DNA from: Strigamia acuminata
Lineage: Eukaryota
NCBI GenBank assembly: GCA_949358305.1
Contig: OX442314.1
Span: 29,822,001 to 29,886,000 of the forward strand
Direction: 5' to 3'
DNA: 64,000 nucleotides
Below are positions 31,287-44,604 of this stretch, piece by piece (within the stretch, counting starts at the first letter, position 1; each line of letters opens with the position of its first letter). The notes below the pieces were generated by a model. It was given only the letters and a program-made list of their open reading frames with translations. It searched no databases and was not told the DNA's origin. Position numbers and translations under genes: made by a program.

Positions 31287-34200
31287 GAAGGGAATAAAGT
31301 AATGAAATTTTCTAAGTGAATTATCAATGCGTTCAAATTGATTAAGCGAAATTTGCTGAAGTGATTTAAATTGATTAGGTTCTTTCAAGTTTTGGAAGAA
31401 GACGTTCAACTCCAGCGGCACACGAGCCGGTAGTAAAAATAACGTTTCATTTAAGAGCGTTCAATTATCAGTCATTTATTTCACTTATTGCAATTGTGTT
31501 AGCTTAAGTATTTGTTTAACCGATTCGAATGTAGTGCCTGAATAGTAGTGCCATGAATTTGAAAACAGTTATCGTAAAAACATCTTTGTAAACAATTTGT
31601 TTTCTTACAACTCAAAGACATGAAATTAGAATACACACCTCTGTCAAAACAAAAGTTGTGTTTGAAATTACATCACACAAAAAATAATCAACATATGAAT
31701 TGAAATTGAAATTTTGTTTATTTAATTTATTTTTTGTTCATTGTATTGGGGAAAATAAACATTTGGTTATACCGTATGTTGTTTATTTTTTGTGTGATGT
31801 AATTTCAAACACAACTTTTGTTTTGACAGAGGTGTGTATTCTAATTGCATGTCTTTGAGTTATATAGTATCATTTTTAATAAAATAATAATACTATATGA
31901 ACTGTATATAAACAGTCAGCCATCATGCTTTGAGTGGGTTCGGTCTGATGATCTCGGGCTCGGATTAGAAAAGCCGATACAACAGTAGTGTGATTTATTT
32001 AAGAGGATCTTTCCAAAGGAGTGTGTGTTTTGCTATGGGGCACACTAGTTATATGAATTTTGAGAATGGTATGTAAATGGAACAATATTTATTGTTTCCA
32101 CCTTTGAACCGCACACACTTTTTCTTGGCGCACAATTTGATGCTGTGCAGTGCAGTTAAATGGAGCAGTGATGGTGTGGTCATAGGCCCTGATCTGCTCA
32201 GTCAGGCTGTGTGCTTCTCCAGCTTTCTCAATTTCTTTTGGGAGACTTCAATGCTCAGCTGGTCATACTCTGGAATTTGAAGTTGTCTCCAAACACTCTG
32301 ACAATACAGGAAAGCCTACATTTAACACCATGTTGGAAATAGAATATATCAGCGGTTCCCAAACTGTGAGGTGCACCTCACTGGTGGGGCACACCCATCA
32401 CACACGCCTAAATAGGACAAGCTTTTTTTGCAAACTTATATACAATTTTATGCAAAACTATATAAAATTATATGTAAAATTATATAAAATTATTTGTAAA
32501 ATTATATAAAATTATTTGTAAAATTATATAAAATTATTTGTAAAATTATATAAAATTTTGTGCAAAATTATATAAAATTTTATGCAAAATTATATAAAAT
32601 TATATGTAAAATTATATAAAATTTTGTGCAAAATTATATAATTTTTTTTTCTTTTTAGTAGTTTATTTTTGAAAAATTTAATGCAATGGCGCGGAAGATC
32701 CTCTTGCTTAAAAATGTGTCGCGATGGTAAAAGCTTTGGAAATCCCTGGAATATATTGTTTATTATTGTCTCGGTGGCGGAGTGGACATCTTTAAGTTGT
32801 ACAAACACTTTAAATGATAAGTTTTGATCGTTTTCTTATTTGATTGCACATTATGTGCAAACATGCTTCGCGATTGGGGAATTGGACGATGTAAACAGAC
32901 TATCATTCTCCACATGGGGATATGTGGGGAGCAAGTTTGTGGAATTTCCTTTCAAATTCAAATAGGGTCGAATTTATGTGTGAAAGGAATATTTGTATTC
33001 AGCAAATTCCTGATTCGATTGACAAGCACGGAAGCGGTTTGGATGTTACTCCGATGAGATATTCTATTCTACTTTTGCCTACGATAGGCTTCTGAGCCGT
33101 GCACGATCAAGTGGACGTAAGGATTTTCATTAATATTTAACATTTTTCTAATGCGCTCTTTTTGCTCGTCTGCACTTTTGCTTACTTTTCAAATTGAGTC
33201 GGGTTGCCAGCAAGGCGACATGCAATTTGTATGCAGCGCATACACGTCGTCCTGGTTGTTGATGATGGGAAAGAGAGCAGGGTTCGTTACTTTTGCCATC
33301 CGCATCTGCGAAACCTGGATTTTTTTTTCCTTTCGCTTTCTTTCGCTTGTTTCTATTTACTGTTTTTTTTTCTTTTTTTTACAACAAAAAGCTTTAAATG
33401 TGGCAAACTTGATCAAAGTGATTGTTTTTTTTTTAATTATCAAAGACTGTTAATGTGGTTCTTCAGTCTGAAGACGACTTGAATCTGCAATGATGTTTCC
33501 CAAGTTTTGACTTCTTAACCAACACTGCTGGACTAAAAATGTTAATTGTGAAGTTTTAGAGCTTCATTTGTTGAGTACAATGACATTATAAAATCAATAT
33601 GTCAATGGGAAAAGTTTTTCACAGGAAAAAGAAAAGCTCCGGACATAAATTCAGATTACTTGGCAACCGAAATAGTGTTTCTGAAGACGAATAGTTTTCC
33701 TCCTTAAATCACTTAAAGAAGGGACTTAAAGAAGTGAATTCTTGATTGAATACAATAAAAACTGAATTGAAATAAAACAAATTATAGAGGGCATAGTTAC
33801 TACAGTATGCAGCAACATAGAACTACATCCCGGCAGAAGTGGCGCTACCGGACGTAATTCTATGGCAGGTACAGAAGAGATAAGTTGCTTCTATAAATTA
33901 AATCATTTTGTTCTACCATTTGGTAACCTCTGCCTCCACTTCACCCATCTTAACCAATGTGAATGCAATAAGTACCTTTGACCAATGTTTCTCTTATAGT
34001 TGCAAAATGATCTCTCCTTTTGCAGATCTTGTCTTTATCTAAAGAGACCTTTGTCCTTTTTATGTGTGAGGCACACAGTAAAATGCTTATTAAAGGGGCT
34101 AATGTCATGAACTCTTTAAGTTTTATTTTTTCTACACAAGTTTAAGAATCTCTTCATTTCATATGCATAGGTTTAGTTGCAGCAAAAGCTCTTCTGTATT

Positions 34201-37200
34201 TTTAATGTAAAATCCACATTAGAAGGCAAGTGTTGGTTGGTTTACTAACAGAGCCCAGTAAGTGCACTTGTCTATCACTTGCTTATTCCCAAACACATTT
34301 TTAATTTAAGTAGGTAACAGCATGAGGTTATGTGCTGTGCATTTAGCAGATCATGTTGGAGTACTCTATGGAGGTTGGTCAAGTGAAGTCAGTCATAGAA
34401 TGATCTCATGGGAGTATCTCAATAACTTTGAAAAGATAAAGTTTGAAACTCCATTATTGCAAAGAATTTGAGAAAATAAATTCTTGAATTGCTCTTCTCC
34501 ATTTCAAAATAATGTTTAACTTAAAAAAATGATCAATTTTAGGTTTATTGTCGTTTAAATCTCTGTGTAACGAGTTTTTCGTTTATACCGGGTCTTGTTG
34601 GCAGCCATCTTGGATTTCCGTTAAATCGATCGAACCATCTCGATCGTAAGTACAATTTTGTAGCAGTTATTGTTTGTTTAGAGTAAACAACAATAATGAT
34701 CATCACTATGGTTATTTTTTGGGCTGGAAACAATAGAAAAAAGCGAGGAAAGCAAAATCTCGGGAAATCTCGTATGCGATTTGCAGCGAGGATATGACCT
34801 AGAACTTGATCTGGAATCCCAGATCAAGTTTGGTAGTTAAACAATTGTTTATTTCCCAAATAAACGATTGCATTCAGAAACAAAAATTCATGCGAGACGA
34901 AAATTTAGACGAGAAGTTATTGAATGCGCCTAGTGGAAGAAAGTAACAATTAATTTTAGTTTGCCTAAAGTATTCATTGGCATTTCCCAGTGCCCCGATG
35001 CTGACTGTATGCGGCATAATGTCACCTGCACACACCAGATGGTGCAGAAGTTGCTGCTTGTAGGTTTTGACTGGACTGGGCATGCGCAGTTCTTATCAAC
35101 GGCATCTGGCCAGGATTACTAGAGAAATTGTAACAGCACGTTTGCTAATAGATTTACGAGGTGTGGTAAAACGTCTTCAGTCAGGCATTCCCTTTGAATT
35201 TTAGGGTTAGTACAGGAGGGTGTTACTAAAATTGCAGCTGGGAAATTATAATTTGTCAGGTCCAATCTTTCTTCATTTTTTACCACCCTGGAAACAATAA
35301 AATCCTGGAAGAATATTTACCCTAAAGCTTTAAAGTTAATTACCAACCATTATTATTTTCGCAATTTTTATGCAACATTTATTTTTATTACGCAATGGAA
35401 TTGCTGTAAAAACAACGGTGCTTAAGCCACATGCAGGAAACAAAACAAATTCTTCTCCAAGAATGAGGTCGTTGACAAATGGAGGTTAGTAACAAGAATG
35501 CAGGACAACACTGTGCACGATTCAATCTAAGAAGTGACTTTATTCAAAACTAGCAGTTGACTACATAATGAAAGCACAAGGAAGTCGTTTCATTTATTTT
35601 ACAAGTAAGATGCGTTTCATAAATATAAAGACACCCGCAAAAATTGGCTTTCCAGAAAAACGATTAAAACAATCACAAAACTGTTTGTTGCATAATTATA
35701 AAGCCAGGCACAAATTTTATCCAAAAAAAAATTTTTAACAATCAAAAATTGACACAGGATGGTAGTTTATACGTACATAAATGTCATCTGTTACAAAAAT
35801 TGTACAATTGTTTATTCCAATTGTTGTAAAAACAATGCATTGAGACCCACTGATCGCCCAAAAAATTGGGTTTTGCGAGAATACATTTTGTAATACATTT
35901 TTGCGTGCTATTGGTTTGCAAATGATAACACATTTTGTAAAATTAAAACTCGTATTTCTTATACGTATCACATAGATAGTAAAGAGACCTTGTGGTCAGT
36001 GATACAGTGTAGTTATCACTAATGATATGTGCATTTGCAACAAATAGCCTCACTTTAAGGTGTTGGTTGGTTAACTTGCAAAGTTTCCATTTGTCTCGCA
36101 CTCATTACAGAAAATCGATTATGGAAAGTTTAGTTGAGGGCTAAATTGTGTTAATTATCACCACACCAATGACTTTCCTGTGAATTATAACCATGTGGCT
36201 AGAGAAATTTATGAGGACGACTGGTCATTTATTCGACAAAGATTAAGCAAAGTGGAAATGTTGGCTATAAGGTTTGAATTTTTCACAATTCTCTTTTCCG
36301 CAGGAACACTTGTGTGTGAAGATTCTAAGGACCGTTTAACAGGACACAAACACAGTCCAATACTTGTTTAGCAAGATAAGTTGAAAGAAAGTGTTGTACC
36401 AGTGGGTTCAAATAGTACAATTATCTCAAAACATCCAGCAAAGTATCTTGTAACTGCAAACCACAATTTCTCTCATTAAACCAAGGTTGAGAGATAATAG
36501 GTTTAGCCATCAATTAGTGCTAAAGATCTCCACAGGGACGTCTTAACACTTTTCAGCGCCCTGGGATTAAAAAAATTGCGAAATTGCATCCACATTTTTA
36601 CAGTTTTAACGGTTGTAAATGCCGCCAACAGGTGGCGCAAAGCAATTGCACATGCGCTGCAGCAAAATGTGGAAATTTTGTGACCCAATGTTCGTGGCAA
36701 ATCACTTTAAATTACAGCAAATCAGCAAATTTTATTGACTGATTTACTTATTTATAAATCTGTGCACAATGTAAGCTTGCTTCTACCTTTTCTGAACAGA
36801 AAGTTAGACTCATTGGGTGACATCACAAGGATTTCAGCCTATCACAGCTTACAATTGTTAGCTTAACTTATTTATCTCTCAACCTTATCAGTGGAGTGCT
36901 CTGACCATAATCACATTTTGAAGAAAGGAATGGTGTGCAGCAATAAAAAAAAATGTTGACAAATGAAATCACACGTTCATTTATTATAAATGGATATATA
37001 ATAAATCCAATCAAACAATTTTTGCTAGCACAAGTCATGTTAAGAGAGCAAATTTTGGATGACATCTGGAACTGTAAGTTTGAGTTAGACGAAGTGCTCT
37101 GCAGTAAAGCCAATCTAACCGAAAAAGATACAAAGACTTAATTTTTGTTAACAAAAGATTATCTCAGATGTTAGGAAATAATTTAACCTATAAATAAATA

Positions 37201-37425
37201 AATAAATAAATAAATAACTATGTTTTAAAGAGGATTTGTTTCTCTTAATTGCCACTAGTTGCCTAACCTTTGTGCAAGTTGGATCTTCCTCACACTCTTA
37301 TCTATTCTTGATAACAGAAAACAAATTAAGGAAGGCTTTGATCTTAAGATGTTTATCAAATTGTTTTGTACACATGTCAGGAATGTTTAGGTTTTTTTGC
37401 TATAGCAGTGATTGCATTTTGTGCT

Positions 37426-37459
<34 letters not shown>

Positions 37460-39874
37460 GTTGTCCCAGTCAAAATAATTGCAATCCGATAAACGTCGGC
37501 TTTTAATTATTATGACTGGTGGAAGAACTATGGCCACAAAAAAATTGAAAAAGCATTTTTATTGCTGGATATTTATGCATTTTTAAAGCCTTTGCAGTGA
37601 AGGCTTTGCAGTAAAGTCTTTGCGGTGAAGCCTACCATTCAAAATTGGAATATTTTGCTGTGAAAATGCAAGCAATTGAGTTTAGATGTTAATTTATGAA
37701 AAGACTTTAAGTTTTAAGTAATAATGACATTTATTATCATCTTAAATGACTTTGTAATTGATACTAATTATGCTACAATGCAAAATAATAATTTTTTAAG
37801 GGGAGAAAAAAATACAATGGAACTTTTGTTTGAAATTGGGTTTGTATACCTTAAACAATTTTCTAGTGTTCCACCTTCTGTCACCACATTAGTCTGGGGC
37901 TCATCTTGTATTTTAATTCGCAAATCCTCGTGCTCTGCAGTAGAAAGAATTTAATTACACTGGAAAATAAATTATAAAGTCTAATTAAAACTATGTGGAT
38001 TTTTCAAAAACAACTTTTTATTACCATTAAACTTAAATTTAAAACGGTTATAATAAAAAAGTGTAGGAAAATTGGGGAATTAGACCAATATACTAAACTT
38101 TACATTTGCAGTTATAGCCAGATATTTCTCATGTGACAAGATGTCAATTTCTTCAGTGCTCCTCCATACTGCTCCTATTTTTCCTTTCCTCTTGTCATTT
38201 CCTTGACATAAAACTGGAAAAAAAAATTGATAGAGAAAAACTTTTATGGAAAAGAAGTTGATGTACTGACCATTGTTAAAGACAGAACAAATCAATACAG
38301 TTGATGGTAGGAGTACAAGTATATTGGCAGTGGCTAAAATTATTTCTTTTTCTTTCAATAAAAAGTTCTCAAAAGTATTGATGCATTTGTCATTACATAC
38401 TTACTAAAATTTTATCAACTTTCTTTTAATTTTTTTTGTTAGTAGTTTTTGAACTATAATTGAATTTCTTTCTGAACTTTTGGATTTTTTTAACATATAT
38501 TTTTATATTTTTATTTTTTATTTTTTATTTTTTATTTTATTTAAAAAAAAATTTTTTTTCTGAATTTTATTTTTTTCCAACATTTTTCTTTTGAAAAGTT
38601 AAAACAATTTCCAAAGAGAAAATGTGGACCAGTTTTCTCATTTTTTAAAGAGGCGACACCCTGACTCAATTACAGCACAGGTTGTATTGACTTTGTAAGC
38701 CACAGTGCTGATACACTGTGACCCATGCTCTGAAAATGGAGTGGCACTGGCTTAGGTTCTCGTAAGCACATGAGGATATGGCTCTGCATCTGCCAACTCA
38801 CAACAGTATAAAAGCCATAAACCTTTAAACTAACGTATCTCCTTTGTCTTTGTGTGAATTTGTTGCCCATCAATGATATTCTCACACATCCAGTGGAGAT
38901 CAAATCTAGCCAATCACACTTTGAGCACTGTGAAAGTGATAGAAATAAAATATTTGGATTAACCTCAAATTAAATACAGTTTTCATTAAACCTTGAAATT
39001 TTAAGTTGTTAAATACCGTACTGCCTCATATAATAGCCGGGCAGTGTTGGGATCGCTAACCAACATGAATAGCTTCGCTAAAATTTCGCTTTTTCTCCAA
39101 AATTTACATTTCGCTAATTGTCGCTATCGTTATCTGGTACCAGTTAGCTAAAAAAAATCGTTAATTTTAGCTATTTTAGCCGGGCCCGAATAAACGCCGG
39201 AATTCAAATTAGCGCCGGGGGTCGGCTCAAAAAAACTATTAAACGCGTTTAAACGAGGCGGTACGGTATATCCTTATACCAGCTTGCACACGGTACAAAA
39301 ATCTTCATCCTTATTCATGTATTGGTTAAAAAATCAGTTTTTCTTCCAAGTGTTTTTTTTGCTCCTCCGACCTGTTCGTAATAGCGAGGTTCGTGTAGTG
39401 TTTGCTCTGATATGTTTAGTTCAATTATTGTCACCAGTTGGTGCTAGTGCTTGTTGTGTTGTGATTGGTTGTTCGGAAATCGAGAGTTATTGTAATGGCG
39501 ACTCGGTGAATAAACGATAGCAGTTAATGGACATCACATTTAATGCTGTTGTGACTTTTTATGCAGTTATATCAAAGGATATTCAACAGTTCGACCTGTG
39601 GTCATAAAAAGTAACAATAGATTGAAATGAAGACCGGTAGTCGCAAGTCATTTTAGCTTTATTCGGTTCACTTTTGGTAGACGTTTTCGGAAATTCAGTT
39701 TGGTTTGAACATTGGTAATCGAAACAGATTTAATTTCAGTTCATCAAAATTATTTGATTTGATTTGTGAATTGGAGCACTTCAATCAAACCCAATAAAAT
39801 AATGAAGGTAAACAATCCAATTGATGCAGTTGTTTGACGAGCACAGAGGTCTAAACGTCACGCATCTTCAGTGA
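31287..39874. repeat. Tandem segmental duplication, copy 2 (~8.6 kb)
   Basis: Junction CTTCAGTGA|AGGGAATAAAG joins the unit end to the unit start. Confidence 0.93.
32350..32748. mobile_element. hAT MITE, duplicate of 23503-23901
   Basis: Same termini and GAATATAT target duplication. Confidence 0.88.
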
Positions 39875-42590
39875 TGGGCTATAAACTTGCACAGTAATAG
39901 TGAATATTCTTTTTATTAATAATAAAGTTGAAGAAAAATCGATCACATCTAGCTCTGTGGTCCACCGGTTCGAGAATATTCTCTTCAGCCGAAATCTTTT
40001 AGGAGGTCAAGGAACCGGAATCACAGAATGGAATTTTATGTTTATTGTTTTCCTATTGACTCTTGATGTATGCTGAATTTATTTGCCTTAAAGTAACAGA
40101 CAGGAGCTGAAGAAAAAAATAAAACCTTTTGAACTGGAATGGAAAAATCTATATTTTCGAAGTGCAATTGCATTTTTAAACGGCAAATTTCATCGTTGAA
40201 ACTTTGAACACTAAAAAGCAACTACCTGCTTGTAGCATGCTTTTAGTGGCTATGAAACAATAAGTGCATTCAATTTCAAAAGGAGAATAAGTAAAAATCT
40301 TTTCTCTTCTTTTTTTTCATAAAGAGGAAAATGTATTTTTAAATGATGGTAGTTTATTGTTGTATAGGACACCTAGTTATCATACACAGTATATCTTCTA
40401 ATTGCCTGCGGGGTTTCAATTGTGCGCAGGACGAAAAAAAATTTGCAAATAGTGTGAAAACCTGAATGTTTTGTATTATTTAAAATGAAGCTGTATTTTT
40501 TATTGATTAATATTTGTGTACAAAATGTTGCTTGTATTGAAATGAATGTGTAAAAGTGTTTTGATTGGTGCATTGAAAAAGACCAAACCGGAAACGTCTG
40601 GTGGACGACCTCATTGATCGAATAAAATGGTATTGATTAAAACTAGTTGGTCGTATGGTCTTTTATTACGAATTTGGAAACTAAACGCGAAGAAGCGAAC
40701 GAAGGAATTAGACGACTAAACTACTGTAATTCAAGATTGTAATATTTTACAAATAGCACACGGGTTTGCAATTATAAGATATACGGTAAATAACTTTCTG
40801 TCAATTTTCTCATATCTACTGACCAAAAGGAACAAAACAAAAGAAAGTAACAAAAGGTTCTCTTAGTTCACCAGATTGAATGCACCTAATGAAACAGTGA
40901 TGGACTGTAATGAAGCAGAAGCAACTTTGAACACACAGGCGCATAGTTTGACAGTGTACCAGGAAGAGATGATGTGAGAAGCTGGTACGCTGATGTAGAT
41001 GCTCTCCTCGAACAGTTGTTATGAAAGACTGCATTAGGGAAAGAAATTTTACTACTGCACATTGTTCATGTAAATCAGTCATTACAAAATAGCCAAATTG
41101 CTTTGACGTATGGTAGTATCCAAAAAAATTCACTGATGTTGAACGTGTCTCACAACAGCTCTTAGTACAGTCAGTTTTAATTAAAGAGAAAACAATACTT
41201 TTTATTCCGATCACACAGACAATGTTTTACTTGACTTTATTAAGTAACCTTTAGTTACATTGAAATGGCTGTGTTCGGGCAAGGCGGTGACATTCACCGA
41301 CAATGTGGTTTAACGACTTGAATAGGTGGATTGTCAACTGCAGTGTTTTATTCTCACAATTACATGTTTTACTACTTCTTATGGTGCACGTGTGCAACTG
41401 TGACAACGGTCACAGTCACTTCTGCTAAAAGGCGTGAGAGATGCCCTTGTACTACACAGGGAAACCATTTTTATTGTTTTTCTATCGTCATTGTCAACTA
41501 ATTGATTAACTTAGACCAAAGAAATGTTTTTGGACTAATTTGATGGTGCTCTACACCTTTGTAATTGAAAATTAGCTGGTATATGTGATACAATAAGAAT
41601 TATCAGATGAATGACCTTGAAGATGTTTTTCAAGGTCAAATTAAGATCTCCACTACTAACTCAATTTCCAATTAAATTCTCATTAGCAAATTTGTGGTAT
41701 CTCTAACTTATCTACTCATTTAAATATAAATAACTTTTTTCCACAACTTTGTGGGAGTAGGCCTAGAGTACATAACAGTTTACTGGAATTTAATCTTTCA
41801 GCGTGAGCGTATAATATGTTGCTATTTTTTGTGTGTGCTCACTGTCATTAGTGTCATTTTATGATATATTTATACACTGCTTTAAGCAAAGCTGACACTA
41901 CCTTCTTCCATAAATCAAGGTGGCGACTTTTTACTCATTGTTAAACTCTTGACACCTCCACATTAATAACAGGAGTGTTTTTATTTTTTAATAACACTAA
42001 GATATGTGTAGAAGTGGATGGAACTGCACCGAATTCTAACTGATTTTAAGAATTTTCTTTTGCAGAAAGTACAGACATTTCAAGATATTTATTGAAAAGA
42101 ATTTTAGGAATGGAAGTGTTATCAGGTTGTAAAAGAAAAAATAAGATTACTTTTTACATGGGTTTTATAGCGGAGAAACAATTTTAAAATTCTTGTATTG
42201 TCAACGCTTGTTCTCGAACATGCCGAAACCAGACCGTGTGCTCTGCATTGACGAGACCATAACTCTATATAATGGACGGCTCCGACTTTAAGGTTTACCG
42301 ACCGTGAAACCCCAAGAAATGGGGCTTTGAACACTTGGTGAAGTGTGCTTTTTTAACTTTTCCCCACACAACCTAGGGTCAATTTTGATCACGAAATATA
42401 CGGATTATTGATATATTTATGTAAATTTTAAATTAAAGCGTTGGTATGAGCCTTGATTGTTGAAGATTGCGATTACAATGTAAAAGAAGCAGCCATTCTT
42501 GTTACAGAATTAACATAACTGAATTCATTGCGCGTTGTACACGTTAACAAAAGATCAAGAATTGACCAATGGAGTTAAACACTCCAAATG

Positions 42591-43110
42591 CTACATTCAT
42601 ATATTGGAATGCAGTCTTACAATACCAACACTTTCCATATTTGTATTCTGTAAGTATAAAACCGCTAACATGACATTCGTATATTGGAATGCAGTCTTAC
42701 AATAACAACACTTTATATATTTGTATTCTGTAAGTATAAAGCCGCTAACATGACATTCGTATATTGGAATGCAGTCTTACAATACCAACACTCCATATTT
42801 GTATACTGTAGGTACAAAGCAATAAACATGGCATTCATATATTGGAATGCAGTCTTACAATACCAACACTTTCCATATTTGTATTCTGTAAGTATAAAAC
42901 CGCTAACATGACATTCGTATATTGGAATGCAGTCTTACAATACCAACACTTTATATATTTGTATACTGTAGGTACAAAGCAATAAACATGGCATTCATAT
43001 ATTGGAATGCAGTCTTACAATACCAACACTTTCCATATTTATATACTGTAAATATAACGAAGTTAACATGACATTCGTGTATTGGAATGCGGTCGTACAA
43101 TACCAAAACT
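42591..43110. repeat. 80-bp tandem repeat, ~6.4 copies
   Basis: Units start at 42601, 42681, 42761, 42839, 42919, 42999 and 43079 (ATATTGGAATGCAGTCTTACAATAC...). Confidence 0.93.
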
Positions 43111-44338
43111 TTTGTCTAAAAAACTGGCCAAAAAATCAAAAACTGCAAAACAAAGGCAGTAACAACAACAAAAAGAAGCGTGTACATAGAAAAACGTAAG
43201 AAAGAAAAGACAGAACTACATGTCTCATTAGTTCCACCACAGCAGAATAAAAGAAACAATAGTACACGGTATTCCTCGAGAGACAACAAAGAGTTCGACC
43301 GGATGGGCTATTTTTTCCGTCTTGTAAAAGTCAAAAATCCAACATCAAACTTGCCAACATAATCAACTTTATTATCTAAAACTTAATGAAACTCCATGAA
43401 GGGTAAAATGCCAAAAAACATGTCATTGGCAGATTTTTTCTTCTGCATCACTTGAATCTCCCAGTTTTGAGGCAATTTCCTAATTTTCTTTTTTTAACCA
43501 ACATCAGCATATTGCTCAGTGACATGAGTGCAACTCAATTAAGGGTTAAGCTGAAAGCCATGACAAAGAACTCTCTACAGACTCTCCTTACTTCTTTCTT
43601 GGAGGGCATTCGAATCAATGGATTTCTTATCACCTTACAAAGGGAAGAAAAAGAGCATGGTTGGGGTCTCACGACCCTGGCATCATGGCTGCCTTTTCTG
43701 CAAGAGGCAGAGCAAGAGAAGTAGTAAGGAATGTGTGGAATGTTTGAGTAAAAAGCAATTGAAGAAATCCCACTGGGGTTAAGTGGTGTTCTGGAGATAC
43801 GGTTATCATTTTTCATTTTGGATGTCATTTTCCAAGTAGTTTGTGACTCTATATTAACACTAGAATGGGGTTCTTGATGATTATGGCAGCTGTATGACGA
43901 ATATGGGCTGGGTCTTGGATGATTTAGAGCTGGATGTGATGGACTTAATAGTTTATGTCAGAATGGAAGCTGTAAAAGTTGTAGGTTTGTTGGATGATGT
44001 ATTGGGGTTGTTCGGTTCAGTGAGCGAAAAATGGAATTTAGTAGGGATTTGTAATTTTCAAAATTGTCAACTCGTGTAATGGATATGGTTTGGATTGACA
44101 CGTTTGGTATAAGTTTGCAAGATATTAACATTTTTATTTTTTCTTGGGAAATTACTTTTTCCGCGAAAAAAGTTAATCAGTTTCTGTCATACAAATGTGC
44201 TGTGAAATTGTTTTATAATTGAAATTGTTTTTGGATGGAAGACTATTACCTAATGCAAATGGATTTTCGATGGCTTATAAATAAACACAATAATGGCTTT
44301 AAAGCTAAACAAAATTTGGGTTTGATACCACAAAAATA

Positions 44339-44604
44339 CTACTCAAACCCAGGTGTAAGTGGTCACCTCTTTTCAGTGTGTAATCAAAGGACCATTTGTG
44401 GCAAGTGACACAACTGAAATCAGTCATAACTTTTTTGTTTATTTGTTTATTTTGGTTTTTTTTTTTAATTAAAGTAAATTTAGTGTATTTTTCAACCCTC
44501 ACGTGCAAATTTATTTATTTATTACACTAAATCTGAAAAACTTGAAATAAACATTTTGATTACACACTGAAAAGAGGTGACCACTTACACCTGGGTTTGA
44601 GTAG
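44339..44604. mobile_element. Tc1/mariner-type MITE with ~50-bp TIRs
   Basis: TA|CTACTCAAACCCAGGTGTAAGTGGTCACC...GGTGACCACTTACACCTGGGTTTGAGTAG|TA. Confidence 0.85.

Larger units (their letters stand above)
21139..31288. repeat. Tandem segmental duplication, copy 1 (~10.1 kb)
   Basis: Collinear with 31287-39874; identical short ORFs recur at offsets of 8847 and about 8573-8580. Confidence 0.93.

Noticed and set aside
42591..43110. CRISPR-like array
   Set aside because: The variable parts are homologous to each other, the context is eukaryotic and there are no cas genes
43505..43724. Protein-like short ORF (MSATQLRVKLKAM...EAEQEK)
   Set aside because: No recognisable family or supporting neighbouring exons
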